NCBI GenBank assembly: GCA_017477255.1
Contig: JAFUXB010000002.1
Coordinates: 182,474-246,473 of the forward strand
Origin: Bacilli bacterium
Lineage (GTDB): Bacteria > Bacillota_I > Bacilli_A > RFN20 > CAG-826
Length of the DNA: 64,000 bases
Direction of reading: 5' to 3'
The notes under the pieces were generated by a model. That model was not told where the DNA came from, searched no databases, and saw nothing but the letters and a program-made list of their open reading frames with translations. This document shows positions 15,789 through 26,083 of the stretch, piece by piece. Made by a program: the position numbers and the translations under genes. Numbering within the stretch: the first letter of the stretch is position 1; every line of letters begins with the position of its first letter.

Positions 15789-18416
15789 TTAGAATAGTGG
15801 ATTTTTCCATATATCAATTGGATCTAAAACTACTGGATCAATGCCATTAATTATAAACCAACTATAATATGAGCTAGGACTTGACCCTCCATTATATTTA
15901 CCAGCACTAGCAAAATCGACAAGTCTAACAAAATTTCCATTATAAGGAACATCAATATAAGCTAAACAGTTTATAGTGTTTCCATTTTGTACTTCTAATT
16001 TTTCAAGATTTGATGCATTTAATACTATATTTTTTGAAAATAAAACTTGAGGACAATATTTATTTAAATAATATTCATCTAATGTAAATAAAATTGGTCC
16101 ATAATATAAGGATGCATAGCCTGATTGAGAACGTTCTCCTAACCAAGTTGAAAAATGTAAATCTAAATTAAGTTCGATTTCATCTCCATTTTTCCATACT
16201 TTATCTATTTCATAATATTCATTAAATGTAGCACTATGAGTTTTAGAATCATATTTAACAATTGACTCAAAACTCCATGATGGAATTCTTAATTTTAATT
16301 TAAATGGAGTTGGTTTTTCTAAACCTTCTATAGTTATTTTAATATTTCCGTTTAATGGATAAGACGTTACTTCTTTTATAGTAACACTAGCGCCATTTAC
16401 ACTAGTTTTAATAGTAGAATTACCATAATAATTTAAATATAAAGAAGGTCCATCAGTTAAGCATGCCCATTCAACAATTTGCCCAATTCCACGTGCAAAA
16501 TTTGCTTGGCAACAATTCATATCAGGTGAACCTGAATTAAATTGGAATGATATATCTTGTTGTGAACTTACTCTTCTTCCATCATATCCTCCAGATAATC
16601 CTCTAATACCATTCATAGGAGTATTATAAGAACAATATTTATCGTCATCTAATTGTGCACCTAATATTCCATTAAAATAACTTCTTTCAAGTTCATCTAA
16701 TACTTCTACTTTTTTAGAATATTTATAAAATTCATTAGTAAAAGCACACCAAGCAATTGTACAACAAGTTTCAATTACTCCATCTTTATAAGGATCACCA
16801 ATTGCTCCTTCATTTGTAGTAAATCCACCTGTATTATGGATATCTGTAGATTGAATATCGTACCAAATTTGTTCTAAAACGTTGTAATATTCTTCGTTTT
16901 TAGTTTCTTCAAATAAAATACCTAAAGTCATAATCATGTGTAAAACTTCCCATCTAGCACTAGATGAACGATAGAAATTTCCACCTCTAAGAGCAGTTTT
17001 ATACCATCCACTTTGATCTTGACAATCCTGCATTATTATTCTTTCTGCTTCATTTAAATATTTTTCTTCTTTATTAACTTGATACATTAAAGCATAAGCA
17101 TGAGCTATTGCTCTATTTGTTTCAAATCCACCTTTTACTAAATAACTTCTATCTTTAAAAGTTTCATAGATTGCATCAAGACATTTTTTAGAAATAGTTA
17201 AAGCTTTTTCATTATTTGTTAATTTATACCACTCTAAAAGTCCTACAACTGCGTGATATTGATTCCATAAATCCCAGTTAGCTGAACCTATTGAATATCT
17301 AGATTGACCTTTAAATACACCTAAATATCCATCTTCTCCTTGAGCTTCTTCTAACTCATTAATAATTTCAGTTGCGGCATTAAATAATTCTTCATCTTTA
17401 GTTGCTTTATAAGAAAAACTAATTCCAGTTAATAGTTTTCCTACAAATTCTCCATACCGTGCTAATCCAGAAGGTTGTTCCATAGGATCATCTATACTTC
17501 TTTCTCTTAATAAATTAATATCCCAAATAACTTTATAAGTGTCACTAGTTCCCGTGTTTATTGGTAAATCATTTCCAGCAACACTACCAACAATTGCAAA
17601 ATCAGCTAATCTAAATGTTTTATTTAATGAAGTTGATGATCCTTTTATTGCTATTTGAAATTGAGCAATACATGAAGAATCTATAATTCTATTTCCACCT
17701 TCACACCAATAACATTCATAATAATCTTTATTAAAAGGTAAAGCTACATATCCTTCAAAATTAGCAGGAATAGAAACAAATCCGCCTTCACTAATACTTG
17801 CTTTTATAGCTTCACCATTACTTTTATATAAATTAACTTCTTTTCCATCGATTAATTTATATGATTCTCTTCCAACACTATTATCTTCAAAGCAAAGTCT
17901 AAGACCAGTTGTAGCTCCTATTTCACTATTATCAACATATACCCAAAGTTCTTTAATCCCTTGCCAACTAGTAATAGCATTAATATCGTTAACAAATCTA
18001 AAATCTCTATCTCCAAAACTAGTTGGAAGTGATTTTAATTTAAAACCAATATAGTTTTTATCATTCTTTTTAACTACATCAATATCATAATATCCATCAA
18101 CACCAAAGTAGTCTTGACCTAATACTTCACTAAGTGAAGATGTATTACTATTTTCATTTGCTTTTTTTATTTGAGTAATAATATTTGGGTTATTTTTGTA
18201 GGCACTTTTTTGCCAATATTTAATATTATTTTTAAAGTTTTTACCTAAAAACCCTTTTAAATCCAGTTCTTTTATATAATTTTTCAAAACACCAATCTCA
18301 CTTTCTTCATAATCAGTTTTGCTTGTATTTTCTTCAGTTTTATTACTTTTACAAGCATAAGTAAAAACTAATGAACCAATTAATAATAAAGCTGGTACAT
18401 TCTTTTTCTTTTTCAT
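15789..18416 (-). CDS. lipoprotein glycoside hydrolase, GH127/DUF1680-like (beta-L-arabinofuranosidase-like)
   Basis: 875 aa. Lipobox LVFTYAC. The E-x-C motif (IETCCTIAWC) and the CC motif (DMNCCQANFARG) lie about 85 aa apart, as in the Zn site of GH127 HypBA1 (Glu338/Cys340/Cys417/Cys418). The WDLWNQYH block is typical of an (alpha/alpha)6 barrel. Confidence 0.5.
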   Translation of the reverse strand: MKKKKNVPALLLIGSLVFTYACKSNKTEENTSKTDYEESEIGVLKNYIKELDLKGFLGKNFKNNIKYWQKSAYKNNPNIITQIKKANENSNTSSLSEVLGQDYFGVDGYYDIDVVKKNDKNYIGFKLKSLPTSFGDRDFRFVNDINAITSWQGIKELWVYVDNSEIGATTGLRLCFEDNSVGRESYKLIDGKEVNLYKSNGEAIKASISEGGFVSIPANFEGYVALPFNKDYYECYWCEGGNRIIDSSCIAQFQIAIKGSSTSLNKTFRLADFAIVGSVAGNDLPINTGTSDTYKVIWDINLLRERSIDDPMEQPSGLARYGEFVGKLLTGISFSYKATKDEELFNAATEIINELEEAQGEDGYLGVFKGQSRYSIGSANWDLWNQYHAVVGLLEWYKLTNNEKALTISKKCLDAIYETFKDRSYLVKGGFETNRAIAHAYALMYQVNKEEKYLNEAERIIMQDCQDQSGWYKTALRGGNFYRSSSARWEVLHMIMTLGILFEETKNEEYYNVLEQIWYDIQSTDIHNTGGFTTNEGAIGDPYKDGVIETCCTIAWCAFTNEFYKYSKKVEVLDELERSYFNGILGAQLDDDKYCSYNTPMNGIRGLSGGYDGRRVSSQQDISFQFNSGSPDMNCCQANFARGIGQIVEWACLTDGPSLYLNYYGNSTIKTSVNGASVTIKEVTSYPLNGNIKITIEGLEKPTPFKLKLRIPSWSFESIVKYDSKTHSATFNEYYEIDKVWKNGDEIELNLDLHFSTWLGERSQSGYASLYYGPILFTLDEYYLNKYCPQVLFSKNIVLNASNLEKLEVQNGNTINCLAYIDVPYNGNFVRLVDFASAGKYNGGSSPSSYYSWFIINGIDPVVLDPIDIWKNPLF

Positions 18417-18427
18417 TTTTTAGCCTT

Positions 18428-20353
18428 TTAAGAAATTTTTTCTAAATATGATTTAAATTCTTCGCTATTTTTATCTAATATACTTTGAGAACTATATTCA
18501 ACTGAATATTTACTACTTGCTCTATCTGCACATGAAGTAATATTTAAAGCAAATAAACCTCTATATCCAGCTAATTCTTCTTCACTAAATTGACATTTTA
18601 ATACATCATTATAGAAGAAATATGTAGCTTGACCTATTTTTAAAATAGCTACTTTATAACTAAATACATCTCCATCCATTGAATCAGACTTATTACCTAA
18701 TGAAATAAAATATTTTTCTACTCCATTAAATCTAGCGAATAAATTAACTGCTCCACCATTATCTGTTTCAATGTTATACCATGAATTATCACTATTATTA
18801 AAAGCAAATGCTGATGGTCTAATCCAACCTGTTGAATCTTCTAAAACACTAACTCTACCTACATATAACATATCTGTAGGAACAGCTATTTCTGCTTGTC
18901 TAGTTTCTGCACCAGTTTCACTAAATAAAGTTGTATTTTCTATATCTTTATAGATTTTTTCTCTAAATTCAGCGTAATTTGCACTATTTTCATATTCAAA
19001 TTTATTATTAGTTATATTAACTTTAAATTCTTTTCCTTCTTGCCATACATCTGTAGTTGATGTTACTTCTAAGAAGTCAAGACTTGGATAGCCACGAAGT
19101 TCAGCTTCATTAAACCAACAAACAAGTTTTTTATTAAAGAAATAATATGTTTCTTGTCCTTCTTTTAATATATTAACTTCAAAATGAATTTTATCATTAA
19201 CCATTAAATCACTCTTATTTCCTAAAAAGATCCAATATTTTTCTACTCCATTAAATCTAGCAAATAAATGAAGAGCGCCTTCAGCATTCATTTCAATGTT
19301 ATACCAAGAATTATCACTTCCATTGAATGCAAATGCTACGGGTCTAGTTGCGTTATTATCCCATTTTTCTACATCTATAGTTGAACTAAATAACATATTT
19401 TCTTTATTAGCAATATAGCCATATCTATATTTTTGTTCATCACCTTGTTCATGAGCTAAAGTAAAATCAGCAAAATTAACTGTACTTGGATTAACTAATT
19501 CATGATATGCTCCAGTATTTTCTAATTCATAATATACTTTACTTAAATTAATAATATATTCTCCAGCATTTTCTCTATCTGCTGCAGCTGTTACTTCCAT
19601 TGTAGCTAAACTTGCATAGCCTTCCATTTCTTTTTCAGTAAATCCACAAACAGCTTTATTATTGAAATAGAAAGTTGTAGCTTGTCCATTTCTTAATATA
19701 TCAACATCATATTCAATACTATTTTCTACGATATAATCAGCTTTATTTCCTAAATAGATCCAATATTTTTCTATTCCATTAAATCTAGCAAATAAATGCA
19801 TATTACCACTTGCGTCCATTTCAATGTTATACCAAGAATTATCACTAGCATTAAAAGCAAAACTTGAAAGTCTAGTATATTCATTTACATATTTAATAGC
19901 TGAAACATGGAAATGTAATAAATATTTATTAATTGAAGCATCAGGAGTTTTAACAGCATATTTACTTTCTCCTCCTGTAGGACTTGTTAAACTTGCTTCA
20001 ATATAATTAACATGAACATCAAAAGTGGTTTCATGATGAGAAGTTTTAGCTTTAACAGTTGTATCTGAATTAGGTATTAATCCTTTAACTTTACCATCAT
20101 TAATTTCAATAGCATTTCCTTCAAATGTATATGTAACTTCTTCTTCATATTCTTCTTTAGAAAATACTGGATTTAAAATTAATTCAGACATAAATGTTAC
20201 TTCAACATCTTCTAAAGTTAATGTTCCATAATCTATTTTTTGTTCATCAGGATCTGGAATTGGTGTAACAGGGTCATTTTCTTTTTTAGAACAACCAAAA
20301 GTTCCTAAAAGCGTAATTGCTGAAAGCAATACAGTAAAAATTTTCTTTTGCAT
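18428..20353 (-). CDS. lipoprotein with three tandem repeats of about 150 aa (possible lectin/CBM-like repeats)
   Basis: 641 aa. Lipobox LLGTFGC. Three repeats each contain AFAFN(A/G/N)SDNSWYNIE(M/T)...LFARFNG(I/V)EKY(W/F)I.LGNK.D and YFFN.K..C.F.E.E..GY. Confidence 0.8.
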   Translation of the reverse strand: MQKKIFTVLLSAITLLGTFGCSKKENDPVTPIPDPDEQKIDYGTLTLEDVEVTFMSELILNPVFSKEEYEEEVTYTFEGNAIEINDGKVKGLIPNSDTTVKAKTSHHETTFDVHVNYIEASLTSPTGGESKYAVKTPDASINKYLLHFHVSAIKYVNEYTRLSSFAFNASDNSWYNIEMDASGNMHLFARFNGIEKYWIYLGNKADYIVENSIEYDVDILRNGQATTFYFNNKAVCGFTEKEMEGYASLATMEVTAAADRENAGEYIINLSKVYYELENTGAYHELVNPSTVNFADFTLAHEQGDEQKYRYGYIANKENMLFSSTIDVEKWDNNATRPVAFAFNGSDNSWYNIEMNAEGALHLFARFNGVEKYWIFLGNKSDLMVNDKIHFEVNILKEGQETYYFFNKKLVCWFNEAELRGYPSLDFLEVTSTTDVWQEGKEFKVNITNNKFEYENSANYAEFREKIYKDIENTTLFSETGAETRQAEIAVPTDMLYVGRVSVLEDSTGWIRPSAFAFNNSDNSWYNIETDNGGAVNLFARFNGVEKYFISLGNKSDSMDGDVFSYKVAILKIGQATYFFYNDVLKCQFSEEELAGYRGLFALNITSCADRASSKYSVEYSSQSILDKNSEEFKSYLEKIS

Positions 20354-20430
20354 ATTTATATTCTCCTTAATTAGATTATATATAATTTAATTTTTAAAAT
20401 ATTTATTTTTTGTTTTATAGAAAGTATATA

Positions 20431-20460
20431 AAAATGCTTCGGAAAAATCCGAAGTATGTT
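20431..20460 (-). terminator. rho-independent terminator downstream of giant gene 2
   Basis: aaaaatGCTTCGGaaaaatCCGAAGTatgttt: 6 to 7-bp stem with an A-run on the plus strand, which is a T-run on the minus strand. Confidence 0.6.
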
Positions 20461-20553
20461 TATTTTAAATTATGCTCAATCTAATCTTTATTTGTAAAAG
20501 ATGTAAGTGTTTTATTTTTACTTACTTTTTGTCTTTTTTAGTTCTTTATATCA

Positions 20554-23500
20554 TTATCTTGCTTGACCGGTTTTAAATAAATTAGCAACGTATTTCATTA
20601 CATTAATAATATGTTCTTTAGTAGTAATTCCTTTTTGAACTACTATATTGCAATATTTACCATTAATCTTTTCAAAGAAGTCTAAAGACATATAATCTTT
20701 CCATTCTTCATATGAATAAAGACCATATTTATTAATATCTTCTTCCATTAATTTTTCATCATATTTATATGAATTATCCATTTCAAAATAGTTACATGTT
20801 ATATCAACACATGTTTCAGTAATTGATAACACGTTATCAGTAACGCAGTTAACGTTATAATCAGTTAATATTGAATATGCATGACAATATTCTTCACTTA
20901 CTTCAATGTCTACAATTTTCTTAATTCTAATAGATCCATTATTTTCACAAACTACTTCTCTATTTATGAAACTGTTATAGCTATTTCTATTGATAGATTC
21001 GTATTTTTTAGTGTCATTCATTAATACACCATGAGCATTAATTATTTCAAAATTAGAACCATCATCAAATATAACATTAATCTTTGTATTATAGTCATTA
21101 CCATGATCAATTAATGCTAATATATTACTGTATTCAAACTTACCTTCGAAATGATTAAATGTTAAAACTTTATCTTCTTTAATTAAATCTTTAGCTTTCT
21201 TTAAACCATTTAATGTATTAATTAATGTGTCTTCTGAGAAACAACCTCCACTGTTTTTTGATGCATTTGCCACAGTAATGGTAGCATTTCCTGTACCAGA
21301 TACTGTATATGGGCTTGCATTGCCAGTCAAATTCGTGACTGCGATATTTCCTGCTGTATAGTCACTTTCTGCACTTACTTTAATTGTTATTACATCATTA
21401 ACATTAATCGACTGACTAACATTTTCTGTGCTTGATGCTGCAATCGTTGTATCATTAACGATTATAGTATTACCACGCTTAATACTATATGTAGCTGTTT
21501 CGTTACTACCAACATTAATTGTTAAATTATAAGAGATTGGCGTTTGTTCTCCAACAACAGTAATCGACTGGCCCCGAGAAGTTGATAAACAAACACCTGT
21601 TTGACCAGTTTTTAAAGTATGTCCATCTAAAGCTCCGCCAGTTACTTGCCATACCATTTCATAACCAGTAGGTAATGTAATTCCATAATTTGCTGCATCT
21701 GGAACAGTAAAGATTGCATCTTTATTTAAATATCTAATAGTTTGTACTAAATTATTGCCTGCAATCCCGATTGTTATTTCGTTTTTGTTAAGCCAATTTG
21801 CATACAGCTCACAAGAACCTGTAATTTGTGAATTGCTAGTATATTTATTATTAAACGAAGAATCTAAATACCAACCATCAAAATATTTTCCATATGATGT
21901 ATTGCTATTTTTGCCACTTAAATCAGGAACAACTAATTTATCAACATTAACACTTAGAATATCTTCTGAAGAGATGCAAGTGCATCCTTCATCTGTATTA
22001 TCATTTACATAAGTTATCGTGAAGGTCTCAGTATCAGCAGGATACCATCTGCCATATAAATTCAAATTATATGGTGAAGATAAATATGCAAAAATATTAG
22101 AATTTATCTGAGTAATTTTTGTTTGATATAATGAATCAATATACCAACCATCAAAAATTAATGAATTATGTTTTGCAGGATATAAATTTAAATTTGATTC
22201 AACATTAAACTGTGTAGGATTTCTTGAATCATTGCTTTGTCCACTTATTTGATTACCTTCAAAATCGACGTTAAAATTATACGAAATTGAGTAATTGATT
22301 GGTGACCATTTTGCATATAAAACTACACTACTATAAACTACATTAGAAAGCGCACTAATTGTACAATTTTCATCTAAAAACCATCCATCAAAATTGTAAT
22401 GTTCTCGTACAGGAGTATTCGCAATGTCATCGTTATTTATTGTGTATCCTCCATTTCCTATTGTTATAGTTTTTGGGCTAAAAGTCGTCGATGAACCATT
22501 GCAATCATACGATATAGTTCCAGCATTAGAAAACCGTCCATAATTGCTCTCTGTATCTACATATGAAAAATATGTGCCTGGTCCAACATTCTCAAAAACA
22601 TCACTGATTAATCCATTTTTTAACAATTTTAATTTTAATGATCCGTTTATAGTTGTATATGTTACACTTGTAAAAATAGTGCTGCCACTGTGGTTTAAAT
22701 GTTCATAAGATGTTATAGAAGTATTTGTAGCTGTTGTTTGAGCCCCTTCATTTGTTGAAATTACCAAGCCTGCTAATTTTTGAGCTGACAAAACTCCATT
22801 ATTAATCAAAATAGGTTCACTAGCTGTGTTAGGATACGCAGTGTGTGAATCAGTACTTAGATCTTTATAATTTTCATAACTTATTAAATCATCTACATTT
22901 AAAGTCGCAGTTTCGTCAATAAACACTCTACAACCTTTCATTAATTTTAATTTGTTTGAACATGTTATTGTTCCATTAAAAAAATATAGATGGAATGAAT
23001 AAGAAAGTGAAAATCTAAACGATGATGTATCTAAAGAAGTTCCTGCGACATTTAAAGTCAAAGCGTTAATTTTACAGTTTCCTCTTACCCTTATATCCAT
23101 AAAATTTAAATATCTATTACTATAATTTGAAGAATTATTATTTGCATAATTATATTTAAAATCAATAATTGCACCACTAGACATTTGAAATAGATGTGAA
23201 GATGAATTTCCTATAATTTTTATATCCTTTGCACTATGTGAATCACTACTAGCATAAAGCCAGGTATCAACAGTCAACGATGCACCATATTGAATATTAA
23301 CTAGAGGCCTCACATTACAAATCTCATACTCATTAAAAAATATTACATTTTTAGATGACTTATCACTGTTTAATCCATATGTAACTGAACCGCCTCGAAA
23401 ATCGTGAATGATAAAAGGAGCATTTAAAATAGAACCGGATTCAAGTATAATTTTTGGCCAAGTAGTTCTATCTGCCACTTCATCATAATCACCCTGATGT

Positions 23501-24099
23501 TTTGCATATTCTGTAATGTAGCCATAAACAGTTAATTTCGATCCGTTCTTGCAAAGTACTTGGGAATTATCTTTTAATGTTAATTGTGCATAATTACCAT
23601 TAGTAGCACCCCCATACAATCCTGCTCCAGCACCTGCTCCAATAGAACCACCTACAATCATTGTCCCATAATTAGTTATTTTGACCCCATCATCAAGTGT
23701 AACTTTTAATTTCATATAGGTGGCATCATCTTGTTCTTTAAAAACGTTACTAGATGTAGGAGAATTTATATATGTTTCATTTTCATAAGGCAAAATTAAA
23801 CTAACACCACTATTAATAGTAAAACTATTTTTAACAATTGGATTACTTCCAGGAATGACATAAACCGTTTTATTTCCAACATTGTTTGCTGAATTTATAG
23901 CGGCTTCTAGAGATGAAAAATAAGTAGAATCATAATAAGCAACCGGATTTGATTCTTGTGCGCTTACCTTATTACTACTTACTTCATTAATTTTTCTTAT
24001 TTCATCTGAAACCCATGAAGCGCTACCAGTTTTAATTGTAGAAAAAATACACCCAAAAAAAATTAAAAAACCAATAAATATGTTCTTAAATTTTTTCAT
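20554..24099 (-). CDS. giant secreted multidomain protein 2 (paralog of 7763..11140; Gly-rich/beta-helix region, three Flg_new repeats, C-terminal Hint/BIL domain)
   Basis: 1181 aa. N-terminus MKKFKNIFIGFLIFFGCIFSTIKTGSASWVSDE. The N-terminal block PVAYYDSTYFSSLEAAINSANNVG is homologous to giant 1. Flg_new repeats YNFDGWFLDENC...LYAKW, LIFDGWYIDS...LYGRWY and KYFDGWYLDSS...LYANW. Hint block A GGCFSEDTLINTLNGLKKAKDLIKEDKVLTF. ATGA overlap with 24096..24761. Confidence 0.85.
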   Translation of the reverse strand: MKKFKNIFIGFLIFFGCIFSTIKTGSASWVSDEIRKINEVSSNKVSAQESNPVAYYDSTYFSSLEAAINSANNVGNKTVYVIPGSNPIVKNSFTINSGVSLILPYENETYINSPTSSNVFKEQDDATYMKLKVTLDDGVKITNYGTMIVGGSIGAGAGAGLYGGATNGNYAQLTLKDNSQVLCKNGSKLTVYGYITEYAKHQGDYDEVADRTTWPKIILESGSILNAPFIIHDFRGGSVTYGLNSDKSSKNVIFFNEYEICNVRPLVNIQYGASLTVDTWLYASSDSHSAKDIKIIGNSSSHLFQMSSGAIIDFKYNYANNNSSNYSNRYLNFMDIRVRGNCKINALTLNVAGTSLDTSSFRFSLSYSFHLYFFNGTITCSNKLKLMKGCRVFIDETATLNVDDLISYENYKDLSTDSHTAYPNTASEPILINNGVLSAQKLAGLVISTNEGAQTTATNTSITSYEHLNHSGSTIFTSVTYTTINGSLKLKLLKNGLISDVFENVGPGTYFSYVDTESNYGRFSNAGTISYDCNGSSTTFSPKTITIGNGGYTINNDDIANTPVREHYNFDGWFLDENCTISALSNVVYSSVVLYAKWSPINYSISYNFNVDFEGNQISGQSNDSRNPTQFNVESNLNLYPAKHNSLIFDGWYIDSLYQTKITQINSNIFAYLSSPYNLNLYGRWYPADTETFTITYVNDNTDEGCTCISSEDILSVNVDKLVVPDLSGKNSNTSYGKYFDGWYLDSSFNNKYTSNSQITGSCELYANWLNKNEITIGIAGNNLVQTIRYLNKDAIFTVPDAANYGITLPTGYEMVWQVTGGALDGHTLKTGQTGVCLSTSRGQSITVVGEQTPISYNLTINVGSNETATYSIKRGNTIIVNDTTIAASSTENVSQSINVNDVITIKVSAESDYTAGNIAVTNLTGNASPYTVSGTGNATITVANASKNSGGCFSEDTLINTLNGLKKAKDLIKEDKVLTFNHFEGKFEYSNILALIDHGNDYNTKINVIFDDGSNFEIINAHGVLMNDTKKYESINRNSYNSFINREVVCENNGSIRIKKIVDIEVSEEYCHAYSILTDYNVNCVTDNVLSITETCVDITCNYFEMDNSYKYDEKLMEEDINKYGLYSYEEWKDYMSLDFFEKINGKYCNIVVQKGITTKEHIINVMKYVANLFKTGQAR

Positions 24100-24761
24100 A
24101 TAACAGATTCCGCTCCTAAAGTTACTTTAAATCCGACTCCGTTTGAAACATATTTATATGTATTATAAAATGTCGAAAAATTTACAGGTGAAAGAGCAGC
24201 TAAAATAGAAAAATTAACATTTTCATCAGTCAAATCAGAAACACTTGTGTTATATGAAATTATTATTTCAGATCCATTTTCAACAGTTATACCATCATTT
24301 ATTTGTGTCAAATTATGTAATGCGCTGATATTCGTTTTGTTTGCATTAACAGTAACAATATTATTTAGATTCAAAGTATTATTGCCATCAAATCCATTGA
24401 TTTTCAAAATAATCCTCATTTCATTTGATAATAATAAAGATTTGATTCCTCTTTTGGCTAAATTTAAATTAATTGATGAATTTACGGTTATATACCCACC
24501 ATAAGGGTCAATTATCGAACCTTCTTGAGAATACGTTCCATCACTCATTTCAAAGCCATATTGAGACATCTTAAAAGTTTGTAATGTTACTGATCCAAAT
24601 GCATCAATATTATCTGCAGTTTCGACATTACCAACTGATAAGTTTACTGAAATATTAGTACTTACTTGCTTAGCAACAGCCCATGTTGAAAAACCTAACC
24701 CGATTAAGCTAACCATTGAAACGGGAAGCAAAATAGCCAATAACTTCTTATTTATCTTCAT
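24096..24761 (-). CDS. TasA/camelysin-like secreted protein 2 with SipW-cognate-type signal peptide
   Basis: 221 aa. N-terminus MKINKKLLAILLPVSMVSLIGLGFSTWAVAKQVSTNISVNLSVGNV is a paralog of 11140..11757. RBS GGTAAGAG. Confidence 0.6.
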   Translation of the reverse strand: MKINKKLLAILLPVSMVSLIGLGFSTWAVAKQVSTNISVNLSVGNVETADNIDAFGSVTLQTFKMSQYGFEMSDGTYSQEGSIIDPYGGYITVNSSINLNLAKRGIKSLLLSNEMRIILKINGFDGNNTLNLNNIVTVNANKTNISALHNLTQINDGITVENGSEIIISYNTSVSDLTDENVNFSILAALSPVNFSTFYNTYKYVSNGVGFKVTLGAESVI

Positions 24762-24890
24762 TTACTCTTACCTAGTTTTAAGTAAGAGAATATTATAAAC
24801 TCATTTACTATACGAAAATGTATAATAAAAAACTCTCTAAACTCAAAACTCTACATATATATTAATATATATGTAATAATTAAGCAAACA

Positions 24891-24916
24891 AAAAAGTTAG
24901 CTATAGGAGCTAACTT
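24891..24916 (-). terminator. rho-independent terminator of 24958..26055
   Basis: aaaaAAGTTAGCtataggaGCTAACTT: 8-bp stem with an A-run on the plus strand. Same palindrome family as 26084-26111. Confidence 0.65.
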
Positions 24917-24957
24917 TCTACTAAAATATCAAATTTGCACACCTTCTTATTAAAAAT

Positions 24958-26055
24958 TTACCTTTTAACATAATTTGGACACACTGTTGAAATTGCTTCG
25001 CTTAAAGGACAACTATATCGTTTATAACATGTAAGGCATTGTTCTCTAGCTTTTTGTGTTTCTATTTGTCTTCTTAATTCTGCAGTAAGTTTATTATCAT
25101 CATCAATCATAATAGCAATGGCTTCTTTTAATGTATCTGCTCTTGCTGCTTCTAATATTTCAATAAGTTTTTCTACTTCATCAATATAAACTTGAGGATA
25201 ATAAATTGGTAATGAAGCTACATAATTGTTTAATTCTTCATTTAATACTTTTTGCTTTTCAAGTTTTTCATGAATCTCTTTTTCTCTAGCTAATTCATAC
25301 ATTTTATGAGCTTTTTTAACACATTTATCATATTCTTTTTCAATTTGCTCATAAATTATTATCTTTTCTTCATAATCTGCTAGATCTTTATTATATTTGT
25401 CCAAATCTTTTTCATATTGTATTAAATCTTGCTCATATTGAATTCTTCTTTTTTCAACTCTTTCTTTTTCTATTTTTGTTTTTTCTTCTATTTCTTTAAT
25501 AATTTCAGATCTTCTTTTTTCTTTTGCTATAGCTCTTTTAATTGCTTTAAATAATATTATTGAAAGTAAGGTACCTAAACCTAAAGCTAGCACTACTATT
25601 CCAACAATAAGTGTTGTTTGTCCTCTTTGCATGGATCCTTCATGATATGTTTCACCATATTCTGCAATTTCTTTTTTAGAGTTATTAACAACAATACCAC
25701 CAATAATAAGAATTAAAATTCCTAAAATAGCTAAAAATATTGTTATTCCATTAAAAACTTTATATGGCATATATTTATCAGAAAAACTCGCATGTTCTGA
25801 ACCATCATAAGCTTTTTCCCGACATTTTAACTCTTCTTCTACTGTAGGAACATTAATTGAATCACTAAAATATGGTTTATTAGGCTCTTTTGGTTTTTTT
25901 GGTTTTATATTATTTATATGTTTTTCTTCAATTTCTTTATCTATAAAATCTTCTTCTTTTGCAGTTTTTTTATCTAATATTTCATTTATTTTCTTATTCT
26001 TTTCATTTTTAGCTTTTTTAATTAAATAAAGCTCGCTTAATAATTCTTTATCCAT
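24958..26055 (-). CDS. coiled-coil membrane protein with Cys-rich C-terminus, unknown function
   Basis: 365 aa. Two TM helices (ITIFLAILGILILIIGGIVV and TLIVGIVVLALGLGTLLSIILF). A long KE-rich heptad region follows. The C-terminus is CLTCYKRYSCPLSEAISTVCPNY. Confidence 0.75.
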   Translation of the reverse strand: MDKELLSELYLIKKAKNEKNKKINEILDKKTAKEEDFIDKEIEEKHINNIKPKKPKEPNKPYFSDSINVPTVEEELKCREKAYDGSEHASFSDKYMPYKVFNGITIFLAILGILILIIGGIVVNNSKKEIAEYGETYHEGSMQRGQTTLIVGIVVLALGLGTLLSIILFKAIKRAIAKEKRRSEIIKEIEEKTKIEKERVEKRRIQYEQDLIQYEKDLDKYNKDLADYEEKIIIYEQIEKEYDKCVKKAHKMYELAREKEIHEKLEKQKVLNEELNNYVASLPIYYPQVYIDEVEKLIEILEAARADTLKEAIAIMIDDDNKLTAELRRQIETQKAREQCLTCYKRYSCPLSEAISTVCPNYVKR

Positions 26056-26083
26056 TATTATTTCCTCTTTACATATATTTTAA

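Noticed and set aside
18771-20006. Two mutually similar 60-aa plus-strand ORFs (18771-18953 and 19824-20006; MLYHELSL.LKA...)
   Set aside because: Their similarity is a mirror of the internal tandem repeats of the minus-strand gene 18428-20353. They are an antisense artefact, not independent genes.
24853-24876. Perfect 24-bp palindrome TACATATATATTAATATATATGTA upstream of operon 2 as a specific operator
   Set aside because: It is almost pure AT and could arise by chance in this composition, or simply be a -10-rich promoter region. I noted it only as context for the inverted 24-nt motif.
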